This document shows positions 56,153 to 64,000 of a stretch of DNA of 64,000 bases, one piece after another. Positions within the stretch are counted from its first letter, which is position 1; each line of letters begins with the position of its first letter. Origin of the DNA: Polyangiales bacterium (lineage in GTDB: Bacteria; Myxococcota_A; Polyangia; Polyangiales; Polyangiaceae); contig JBBRNJ010000018.1 of the NCBI GenBank assembly GCA_038230375.1, forward strand, positions 54,601 through 118,600, read 5' to 3'. Below the pieces are notes generated by a model. The model did no database searches and was not told the DNA's origin. It worked only from the letters and a program-made list of their open reading frames with translations. The translations under genes were made by a program, and so were the position numbers.

Positions 56153-56185
56153 GGGCTCATGGGGCTCAGCGGCTCAGGGCCTCAG
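56147..56185. repeat. Degenerate GCTCA(T/G) 8-9 bp tandem repeat filling the intergenic gap
   Basis: gctcatgg gctcatggg gctcagcg gctcagggc ctcag. Confidence 0.7.
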
Positions 56186-57183
56186 CGGCGGGAGAACGCA
56201 ATCACACGCGAGAAGTCGAAGCGGAGCTCGCTGGACTCCAGCGCGCTTCTTCCGGCGCCGTTCGAGCGCGCGCGCTCACGATGGACGCGGTGCACCGCGA
56301 TCGTCCCATCGCCTTCAGGTAGACCTGCAACGAGACCTGCAACTGCGAATGCGGAGCTCGGGATGGTTGCGCCCGACGCATCGGCGGCGCATCGAAGCGT
56401 GCCACCGCTGGTGCCGGCGCCGCGCTGCATCGCCACGTCAACGAAGAACACATCGCCGGTCTCTCGCGCGGCGCTGCCATCCGCGGTGGACCACGCGAGC
56501 TCGACGACGGCGGGCCCTGCGCCGGTCATCGGAATCACGACGCGTCCGCCAGCTTGCGGCCCTGCGCCTGCGAGCCGGACGTCTGATACCTCGACGGGTG
56601 CGGTGCCCGAGAGCTCGAATGCGGCAACGCCCGACGACCCTGCGGCGCGAACGGAGTAGCGCGAGCCAGGGGCCAGCAGCGACGAGAGCTCGGGTGCGGG
56701 CGTGGCCGCGTAGTAGAGCACGCCACCTACGAGACCAACCGGGTCCGGCACCTGTCGCGGCACCAGCGGGAACGCACGCGTGCCAGGTCCGGAAGCGGAG
56801 GTCTGTATCACCTGAAGTCCGCCGACATCCGCGAGCTCGAGGGCGCGTCCTGCTGCTGCGTCGAGCTCGGCCGAGAGCGGAACGCATCCGAACGATGGTG
56901 GTGCTTCGAACGCGGCGCCGACGAGCTTGAGAGCGCGCTCATCCAGTTGAGAGGTCTGCGCCCGCTCCGACGCGAACGCCGGCGTACGTGCCTGCACGAA
57001 CCGCGCGGTCGCCGCACCTCGGACGACCTCACGGCCCGAGTCACCTGTGGTCGTCCGCTCGAACGTCACGACGGCCGTGGTCTGGGTCAACGTGTCCGCG
57101 TCCGACTCACCCGGAGAAGATACGTTCGCCGAGCACGCCGTGAGCGTGAGCAGCAACAGTCCCAGCGTGGGGAGTCCTCGCAT
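56182..57183 (-). CDS. Hypothetical lipoprotein with beta-sandwich domain
   Basis: Start MRGLPTL, lipobox LTAC. Confidence 0.75.
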   Translation of the reverse strand: MRGLPTLGLLLLTLTACSANVSSPGESDADTLTQTTAVVTFERTTTGDSGREVVRGAATARFVQARTPAFASERAQTSQLDERALKLVGAAFEAPPSFGCVPLSAELDAAAGRALELADVGGLQVIQTSASGPGTRAFPLVPRQVPDPVGLVGGVLYYAATPAPELSSLLAPGSRYSVRAAGSSGVAAFELSGTAPVEVSDVRLAGAGPQAGGRVVIPMTGAGPAVVELAWSTADGSAARETGDVFFVDVAMQRGAGTSGGTLRCAADASGATIPSSAFAVAGLVAGLPEGDGTIAVHRVHRERARSNGAGRSALESSELRFDFSRVIAFSRR

Positions 57184-57238
57184 GTCCAATAAGGATAGAC
57201 GTCCAAGGCCCTGGTTGCAATCATCACCCCCGCCCCAG

Positions 57239-57841
57239 ATGGCCGTGAGCAACCACATCCTCGTCGTCGCGGCATTCGAGCCGGAGCTCTCTGCGTTTCG
57301 AGAAGCACTTCCGGAAGTGCGCGCGGTTGCTGTTGGAATCGGCCTCGTGGACGCAGCGCTCGGCACCAGTGCGTTGCTCGCGGCCGCCGCTGTTTCCGGA
57401 GACGTGGAGCTGGTCGTGCTCCTCGGAACCTGCGGCGTTTTCCATGAGAACGACGCCGGCGGCGTCATCGTGGGCAGCGGCGCGTTGCTCGCCGACCCCG
57501 CGACGCCGCTCGGTCACGCCGCATTGCCGGAGCCGCTCACGGAGCGCCTGCCGATCGCCGAGACCTTTGGAGCCACGGCGGAGCTAGGGGAGATCGCAAC
57601 GACCCTGGGCGTAACAACGTCCGACGAAGCCGCGCGCGCGCTCTCGGACGCGACCCGCGCCCGCGCCGAGCACATGGAGACCTACGCGGTCGTCAAAGCA
57701 TGCATGATGCATGGAATTCGCTGTGGCGTCATCCTGGGCGCCGCCAACGTCGTGGGCGCGCAAGGTCGGGCACAGTGGCGAGCCAATCACGTGGCAGCGA
57801 GCAGGCGCGCCGCGTTGTTCGCCGCGAGCCGCCTTGGCTAG
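57239..57841 (+). CDS. PNP/MTAN-family nucleosidase, futalosine hydrolase (MqnB)-like
   Basis: VVAAFEPE, GIGLVDAA, LLGTCG, EHMET, ANVVG. Confidence 0.7.
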   Translation: MAVSNHILVVAAFEPELSAFREALPEVRAVAVGIGLVDAALGTSALLAAAAVSGDVELVVLLGTCGVFHENDAGGVIVGSGALLADPATPLGHAALPEPLTERLPIAETFGATAELGEIATTLGVTTSDEAARALSDATRARAEHMETYAVVKACMMHGIRCGVILGAANVVGAQGRAQWRANHVAASRRAALFAASRLG

Positions 57842-58665
57842 AAGGTCCACCACAGCGCGGTGGCCGGTATCACGGAGAAGCCCTGGCTCCTCACGTTGCT
57901 TCCGTTGAAGGAGCCGCTCACGTTCTCGTAGTTGGCGGCCACCTCGAGCGCGACGTGGATGTGTCGGAGACCCGTCGCGATGCCGAGCACCCCACCGCCG
58001 TAGAACCTGTCCACGGAGAGAGCGAGCGGTGGCGGTGCAAGCGTCACGCTCTTGGGCTCGCTGGTGAGCTCGGAGATGGTGTCGTGCTCGAAGCCACCGC
58101 GCACGCCCGTCCACACCTGATAGAGCGCGCCTGTGCTCTGCCAGCCGACAAGGACCGGAACGTCGGCGCCGTATCCGTGCAGTGAGCCGAGGTCCACGCC
58201 AGAGAGCTCGCTGCCGGACTGACGTCCGTAGAGCGCCGCGGTGCCGCCCGCGCCGACCGACAGTGAATAGTGGCCCGAGTCGAAGCTGCGGCGCGCGTCG
58301 ACGCGCACGGCGCGGCCCGTGTACGACAGCGCTGCGTCGAACCGGTTGCCCACGCCCACGCGCGCGGACACGAAGGGCGCCACGCCGGGAGAGATCGCGG
58401 CGGCGACGAGCGCGCCCTTTGCGTAGTCGGGGCTCGACCCCGCGGGGCCCGGCGCGTTCGGGTTCGTCGCGGCGATCTCCTTCGCGCGGCGGAGGTCCGT
58501 TCCCAGGCCGCCACCGGCGACATTCGCGGACAGCCCGAGCGACGCGCGTACGTCCCCGGTGGGCAGCGCGCGCGCGGAATGGAGAAGGGGAGAGCCGCCA
58601 GCGCAGCCCACGCAGAGCGGCGCGAGGACGAGCGCGGTTGCGAGCGCGGTGAGTCCCCGCTTCAC
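57838..58665 (-). CDS. Exported protein, probable outer-membrane beta-barrel
   Basis: Lipobox-like CVGC; alternating beta-strands; terminal aromatic LWWTF. Confidence 0.7.
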   Translation of the reverse strand: MKRGLTALATALVLAPLCVGCAGGSPLLHSARALPTGDVRASLGLSANVAGGGLGTDLRRAKEIAATNPNAPGPAGSSPDYAKGALVAAAISPGVAPFVSARVGVGNRFDAALSYTGRAVRVDARRSFDSGHYSLSVGAGGTAALYGRQSGSELSGVDLGSLHGYGADVPVLVGWQSTGALYQVWTGVRGGFEHDTISELTSEPKSVTLAPPPLALSVDRFYGGGVLGIATGLRHIHVALEVAANYENVSGSFNGSNVRSQGFSVIPATALWWTF

Positions 58666-58669
58666 GAGC

Positions 58670-59008
<339 letters not shown>

Positions 59009-59108
59009 TCAAACCAAGCGGAGGCCTCTCATCCGTGAACCTTGCTTCAGCGGGTCCGTAACTGGGAGCTTGCGGAGGGATGCTCCTTCCGGGTAGCGTC
59101 CGCGCCGC

Positions 59109-59765
59109 TTGTTGCCTTTTTTGCCTTCTTCGTCGTCCTCCCGCGCCCCTCGCCGGCCTCTTCTCTGGCTGGGCGCCGCGCTTCTTTTGCTCCTGGCTGG
59201 CTGCACGCCGAAGATCGGTGACAAGTGCGTCCTCTCCACGGACTGCTCCACCGCTGGCGACCGTCTCTGCGACACCACCCAGCCTGGCGGCTATTGCACG
59301 CAGTTCAACTGCGTGCCCAACAAGTGCCCGAACGAGGCGGCGTGCGTGATCTTCGAGAGCGCGGTCCCGGGCTGCACATATTCGGATCGTGGCATCCCAC
59401 GCACGGGTCGTCAGTTCTGCGTCGCGCAGTGTCACTCGAGCTCGGACTGCCGCGCCGGCTACGTCTGCGCCGATCCGCGCAATCCTCCGTGGAGCGCGCT
59501 CATCCTGGATGACGATCAGACGCAGCTCACCTGCCTGGTCGACCCGCTCGCCTCGTACGACGTGGACGCCTCCACCGGCTCCAACGTGTGTCAGGCACAG
59601 GGGCCGGACGTCTCGCCCATCGAGGCAGGTGCTCCGCCCGTGCTCGACGCCGGCACCATCGCCATCACCTCCGACGCGGGCTCTGATGCAGGCGTCGACG
59701 CTGGCGCACAGGATGCCGGCGTGGACGCAGGTCCCACCGACGGCGGCGCGGACGCCGCGGACTGA
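59109..59765 (+). CDS. Cys-rich lipoprotein
   Basis: Lipobox LAGC; 'IGDKC...PGGYCT' motif; DAG-repeat tail; start uncertain. Confidence 0.8.
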   Translation: MLPFLPSSSSSRAPRRPLLWLGAALLLLLAGCTPKIGDKCVLSTDCSTAGDRLCDTTQPGGYCTQFNCVPNKCPNEAACVIFESAVPGCTYSDRGIPRTGRQFCVAQCHSSSDCRAGYVCADPRNPPWSALILDDDQTQLTCLVDPLASYDVDASTGSNVCQAQGPDVSPIEAGAPPVLDAGTIAITSDAGSDAGVDAGAQDAGVDAGPTDGGADAAD

Positions 59766-59766
59766 T

Positions 59767-60711
59767 GTGAAGCGCGCGCGCGGGGTCGCGATCGCGTTCG
59801 GCCACAGCGTGCTCTCGTGCACGGCGGTCATGCTCATCCTTGCCACGGCGGTGTTCCTGGCGCTCAGGCTGCTGCCAGGGGACCCGGCTGCGCTGGTGCT
59901 CGGGGACGAGTCGTCCGCGCAGGATCGCGCCGTGCTCCGCGCCAAGCTCGGACTGGATGCGTCGCTACCCGTGCAGTATGCACACTTCTTGCGTGGCCTC
60001 CTGACCTTCGACTTTGGCGAGTCGATCCGGAAGCCCGGCATCATGGCGGGGTCGCGCGTGGCGTCCGCGCTGCTTCCGACCACCGAGCTCGCCGTGATCG
60101 GCGTGGCCTTCGGCGCCGTGTTCGGCATCACGGCGGCGCTCCTCGCGAACGGACCGTGGCTCGGCGAGAAGAAGCATTGGGTCAATCGCGTGCTGGTCAT
60201 GGTTGCAGCGACGCCGCTCCTTGCGCTCGCGCCAACGCTGACGTTCGCGCTCGCGGTGCGCACGCATCTGTTGCCGTTGCCGGGCGATCCAGATGCCGGT
60301 CTCTCCGGCCTGCTCTTCGCGGGCTCGCTGCTCGGGCTGCCGCTGGGGGCGCACGCGGGACGCATCGGGGCCGCGGCGCTGTCGGACATCGCGGACAAGC
60401 CGTTCCTTCGCGTCGCGCGGGCGAAGGGCGCCTCCAATCTGTCCGTGTGGCTGCGGCACGCGCTGCCCTGCGTGATGGGGCCTCTGGTCACGGTGCTGGG
60501 CACGCAGCTCGGCGCGCTGCTCGGAGGTGCCGTCGTCATCGAGCGCCTCTTCGAGCGCAAGGGCCTGGGGACGCTCATGATCGAGGCTTATTTCACGCGT
60601 GATTTGCCCGTGCTCGAGGCGAGCATCTGCGCGTCTGGTCTTCTCTTCGTCGTCACGCAGGCCATCGCTGGCGCGCTGCACGCAGCCGTCGACCCCAGGG
60701 TGCGCGCATGA
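59767..60711 (+). CDS. Peptide/nickel ABC permease (OppB/DppB-like)
   Basis: LLPGDPA, LGLD..LPVQY, DFGES, ARAKG, HALP, VIERLF. Confidence 0.9.
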   Translation: MKRARGVAIAFGHSVLSCTAVMLILATAVFLALRLLPGDPAALVLGDESSAQDRAVLRAKLGLDASLPVQYAHFLRGLLTFDFGESIRKPGIMAGSRVASALLPTTELAVIGVAFGAVFGITAALLANGPWLGEKKHWVNRVLVMVAATPLLALAPTLTFALAVRTHLLPLPGDPDAGLSGLLFAGSLLGLPLGAHAGRIGAAALSDIADKPFLRVARAKGASNLSVWLRHALPCVMGPLVTVLGTQLGALLGGAVVIERLFERKGLGTLMIEAYFTRDLPVLEASICASGLLFVVTQAIAGALHAAVDPRVRA

Positions 60712-61505
60712 GCGGGAGCAAGCACGCCACGCGCACGCGCATCCTTCGGCTCGCGCCGCTCGTGCTGCTCGTCGGCGTGTCGTTCGTCCTCACGCTCGCA
60801 TCGCCGCAACACCCGGAGACCCTGGATCCGTCCGCGGCATGGGCGCCTCCGTCCGCTGCGCACTGGCTCGGGGCGGGGGAGGGCGGCTCGGATCTCATGC
60901 TCGTTGTCGCACATGCCACGTTGCGCGGCTCGCTCCTGGCGCTGTGCGTCTCTCTCTTCGGTGCGGCTGTGGGCGTTCCGCTCGGCGCGCTTGCAGCGAT
61001 GATGCGCGGTCGTGTGGAGGCGTGGGTGTCGCGCACGTGCGATCTCCTGCAAGCGTTCCCGTCGTTTCTCTTCGCCATCACGGTGCTCGCCGCGGTACGG
61101 AGCCCCACGCGCCTGCACCTCGGCATCGCGTTTGCGCTCACGGCGTGGGTGCCGTTCGCGCGGCTCGCGCTGGCAGAGACGCGGGTCCTCCGCAGCCAGA
61201 GCTTCATCGAGGCCTCGCGCGCGCTCGGCGCGACCCAGGCGCGCCTCCTGGGCCGTCACGTGCTCCCGAACCTGATGAGCACCATCGCGGTGCAGCTCGG
61301 TGCCACCGCCGCGGCCATCGTGGTGGGAGAGGCCGCGCTCGCGTTCGTCGGGCTCGCATCGAGCGATCGCGTCTCGCTCGGCTGCATCCTGGACCAGGGC
61401 GTGGCGTCGATGCTTCGCGCGCCCACCGTGCTGCTGGTCGGCGCGCTCTCCGTCTTCGCGCTGAGCTCCTCCATGATGCTGGCCGGACGCGCCGCCGACC
61501 GCTAG
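60708..61505 (+). CDS. Peptide/nickel ABC permease (OppC/DppC-like)
   Basis: PPSAAHWLG, FIEASRALGA, HVLPN, EAALAFVGL. Confidence 0.9.
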   Translation: MSGSKHATRTRILRLAPLVLLVGVSFVLTLASPQHPETLDPSAAWAPPSAAHWLGAGEGGSDLMLVVAHATLRGSLLALCVSLFGAAVGVPLGALAAMMRGRVEAWVSRTCDLLQAFPSFLFAITVLAAVRSPTRLHLGIAFALTAWVPFARLALAETRVLRSQSFIEASRALGATQARLLGRHVLPNLMSTIAVQLGATAAAIVVGEAALAFVGLASSDRVSLGCILDQGVASMLRAPTVLLVGALSVFALSSSMMLAGRAADR

Positions 61506-61516
61506 AAGAGGCCGCG

Positions 61517-62608
61517 GTGTTCCTGCCCTCCCTTCCACGCAATGTAGAGGCTGCTTTTCGCGACCTGTCATCGGCGAAGCCCGACACGCGTCGTGGGGCG
61601 CTGGCGGATGTCGTGCGGCACGCGCTCGGCGACGAGCAGCTGCGGGCGCGGGCGGTTCCCCAGATCGAGAAGCTGCTGCGCGACGACCAGACAGCGGAGG
61701 TGCGCTCGGCCGCCGCCGTCGCGCTCGCGGACCTTGGCGCGAAGGAGGCGCTGCCCTCGCTGCTCTTGTCGGTCGAGGACCCGCATCCCATGGTGCGTCA
61801 GATGGCGATCAACGCGCTCGGCGAGCTCAAGGATCCGCGCGGCGAGCAGCGGCTCCTGCGTGCGCTCCGTGATAGCCGTCCAGAGGTCCGTTACCAGGCG
61901 CTCATCGCGTACGCGCGCGTGGCGCAGGAGGAGGCGGACGTGTTTCGCGAGCTCTTGCGCGCCACGAAGGACGACGACCAGGCGATCGTCCACATCGCGC
62001 TCCGGCTCGCGGAGGAGCGCGCGCCGGCTCCCGGCAAGGAGCACGCGGACCTGCCCGCGGAGCTCCTGGATCGCGCCGCGGCGCTGCTGACCGCGGAGCA
62101 TCCGGACGTCGCCGCTGCTGCTGCGATCCTTCTCGGCAACATGGGAGACCACCGCGCGAAAGAGCTGCTCGTGCAGATCGCGACGGGCGGCCGCGTTTCT
62201 GGGCGCATGCCCGCCAAGGAAGAGGAGCAGGCGGCCGTCGAGCTGGTCGGGCTGCTCGGCTACGAGTCTGCGCGCGAGGCGCTCACGCGACGCGCATTCG
62301 GGCTCGGGCGCTACGTCAAGGACACGTGCGCGTTCTCCGCGAAGGTGGCGCTGGCCGCGATGGGCGACGCGCGCGCGCAGTCCGAGATCATCGCCGCGGT
62401 GGAGGGGAAGGACGCTGCGCTTCGCGAGAGCGCGATCGTCGCGTGCGGGCGCGCGCGCATCGTCGACGCGAAAGATGTGCTCCATGACATTGCCACGCGC
62501 GGTCTTGACCCGCGCATCGCGGCGCTCGCGAGCGAGGCGCTCTCGAAGCTCGGGGTGGCGAGCGTGACCGATGCGCCCAGCGATACCAAGGCGGACGGCG
62601 ACACATGA
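61517..62608 (+). CDS. HEAT-repeat protein
   Basis: Repeats 'VRSAAAVALADLG', 'VRQMAINALGEL', 'EVRYQA'. Confidence 0.85.
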   Translation: MFLPSLPRNVEAAFRDLSSAKPDTRRGALADVVRHALGDEQLRARAVPQIEKLLRDDQTAEVRSAAAVALADLGAKEALPSLLLSVEDPHPMVRQMAINALGELKDPRGEQRLLRALRDSRPEVRYQALIAYARVAQEEADVFRELLRATKDDDQAIVHIALRLAEERAPAPGKEHADLPAELLDRAAALLTAEHPDVAAAAAILLGNMGDHRAKELLVQIATGGRVSGRMPAKEEEQAAVELVGLLGYESAREALTRRAFGLGRYVKDTCAFSAKVALAAMGDARAQSEIIAAVEGKDAALRESAIVACGRARIVDAKDVLHDIATRGLDPRIAALASEALSKLGVASVTDAPSDTKADGDT

Positions 62609-63186
62609 CGAAGGTGAGACTCCTTGGCCTGGTCGCCCTCCTGGCGTGCATCCCGTGGCTCGGAGGCATGATCGTGCTCGGCGCAATCGTCGCGCCCACC
62701 GTGTTCCACGCCATCCCGGCGCCCGGCGGCGCGGACGCCATGACGCTGGTGTTTCGTCGCTACGATCGCATCGCCGTGGTCGCGTCCGCGATCGTGCTCC
62801 TGTGCGAGGTCGGGCTCGCGACGATCACCCGCACGGCACGCGACGCAGCCCGCTCGTTCACGTGCATCGTGATGAGCGCGCTCGCCATCTATGAGGGCAT
62901 GATGCTGTCGCCCAAGATCGAGGCGCTGCACATGGCCGGTGCCATCCGCGGGTTGGGGGACCTCGGGCTCGAGCTCGAGCGCACCCACCACCAGGCTGAG
63001 CTCCTCGCAAAGGCCGAGCTCGCCTTCGGGCTCCTCTATGTGGTGCTGCTGGTGTGGACGCTGACGAGCCTCGGCACGACCGTTGCGACTACCCCTGCGC
63101 CGACCAGCGCAGAGGGTGCTGAGCGGACAGACCCGGACGTACATCCGGATAGCGGAGGTGGAAAATTACGACGCAGGCAGGCATGA
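62605..63186 (+). CDS. DUF4149 (TMEM205-like) membrane protein
   Basis: 'WLGGMIVLGAIVAPTVF', 4 TMs, His in the last loop. Confidence 0.85.
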   Translation: MTKVRLLGLVALLACIPWLGGMIVLGAIVAPTVFHAIPAPGGADAMTLVFRRYDRIAVVASAIVLLCEVGLATITRTARDAARSFTCIVMSALAIYEGMMLSPKIEALHMAGAIRGLGDLGLELERTHHQAELLAKAELAFGLLYVVLLVWTLTSLGTTVATTPAPTSAEGAERTDPDVHPDSGGGKLRRRQA

Positions 63187-63290
63187 CCCGGGCACGGCTG
63201 AGATCGCAACCCACTCAGATCGCGCGGTTTTTCGGGGAAATGACCACAGGTGCTTGGTCATGGGTGTCACAGCCGTTAGAAAACTGTCAT

Positions 63291-63434
63291 CTGAGGCACG
63301 GGCGCCATACCCCCGGCCTCTCGCAAAGCGGACCACCCAACCAGACGAAGGGTGGAAAGTTTCGAGATGAGCAGAACTGCAAGGGAAGAGTTGACGACAG
63401 AGAATTTGCGGGGTATGAGCCCGGCTCGTTTCAG
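63291..63434. ncRNA. Candidate structured non-coding RNA (unassigned family)
   Basis: Long terminal stem CTGA..CGGGC..CATACCCC / GGGGTATG..GCCCG..TCAG enclosing CCACCC/GGGTGG and TCTCG/CGAGA helices. Confidence 0.45.
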
Positions 63435-63484
63435 CTCGGTGAACAATCGAGCGCCGGCTCCGTCTGACGCTTCTGCAAGTGGCT

Positions 63485-63500
63485 CGGCCGGGACCTTGCT
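63485..63500 (+). promoter_or_regulatory. Sigma54 (-24/-12) promoter candidate
   Basis: CGGCCGG-GACC-TTGCT (GG-N10-GC). Confidence 0.5.
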
Positions 63501-63598
63501 AGTAAACCAGCAAGGCATGTGAGTTTCAGTGTGGCGTGTGGTGCATTCGGATTTCTTACGGCGACTCAGTCGCCAGAACGTCGTGTCAGGAGGCGGAT

Positions 63599-64000
63599 AT
63601 GCTCAAGAAGTTGATTGGTCTTGGATTTGTGTTCGGTGTTGCGGCCACGGTCAGCGTGTTCGCCGGTGGCTGTTCGTCTACGACGATCACCGACAACTCT
63701 GATGGCGGCGGTAAGGCCGAAGGCGGCGCGCACCCGGACAGCGGCCCCGACATCGACTCGGGAATGACCGGCGGCGGCAACTGCCCGGTGGCGATCACGG
63801 CGATGGACATCGCGGAAGTGAACCCGCCGAAGGATGGCACGCAGGGTTCCTGCACGGATGCAGAGCTCGCGAAGGTCACTGGCAAGTTCGCGGACATCTT
63901 CGCGGCTGTCAGCTCGACCTGCGCCGGCTGCCTCTTCTCCGAGGCCGCGGACATGACGAACACGCAGTTCTTCGTCTGGTCGGACACGATGCACGTCAAC
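63599..64000 (+). CDS. Cys-containing lipoprotein, 3'-truncated by the window edge (absent from the ORF track)
   Basis: RBS CAGGAGG; MLKKLIGLGFVFGVAATVSVFAGGC lipobox; frame open to the end. Confidence 0.85.
   Translation, partial: MLKKLIGLGFVFGVAATVSVFAGGCSSTTITDNSDGGGKAEGGAHPDSGPDIDSGMTGGGNCPVAITAMDIAEVNPPKDGTQGSCTDAELAKVTGKFADIFAAVSSTCAGCLFSEAADMTNTQFFVWSDTMHVN

Noticed and set aside
63183..63518. Small ORFs 63183-63467 (+) and 63276-63518 (-)
   Set aside because: Atypical codon usage for this genome and no motifs; the region is better explained as regulatory or ncRNA

Overview
High-GC window that reads as the core chromosome of a myxobacterium, most likely Polyangiaceae/Labilithrix-like. 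This is inferred from a TIGR04563 small protein, many Cys-rich 'DAG/DGG'-linker lipoproteins, TPR-PEGA proteins and three Hanks-type Ser/Thr kinases. About 58 CDS and one tRNA (CAU, Ile2-type) are supportable. Housekeeping genes include ssb, rpmE, prfA, panC, tmk, a HIT protein, a CtpA protease, a YitJ-like methionine synthase/MTHFR fusion and a ferredoxin. No integrase, transposase, phage or CRISPR was seen. Leads worth follow-up: (1) a lipoprotein kinase with Fam20C/four-jointed-like motifs on a (Thr-Ser)n stalk; (2) a dispersed, strand-biased hexamer repeat family (mRNA-sense CUCGAC-type) mostly at gene 3' ends; (3) a two-state RBS hairpin switch upstream of a fatty-acid desaturase; (4) a ~145-nt structured ncRNA candidate at 63.3 kb; (5) an enlarged RavA/ViaA-like AAA+/vWA pair; (6) a selenoprotein-N-like thioredoxin lipoprotein; (7) a SigK/RskA module with a matching promoter and long structured leader; (8) repeated signatures of leaderless transcription. 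All family calls come from motif recognition by eye, not database searches.
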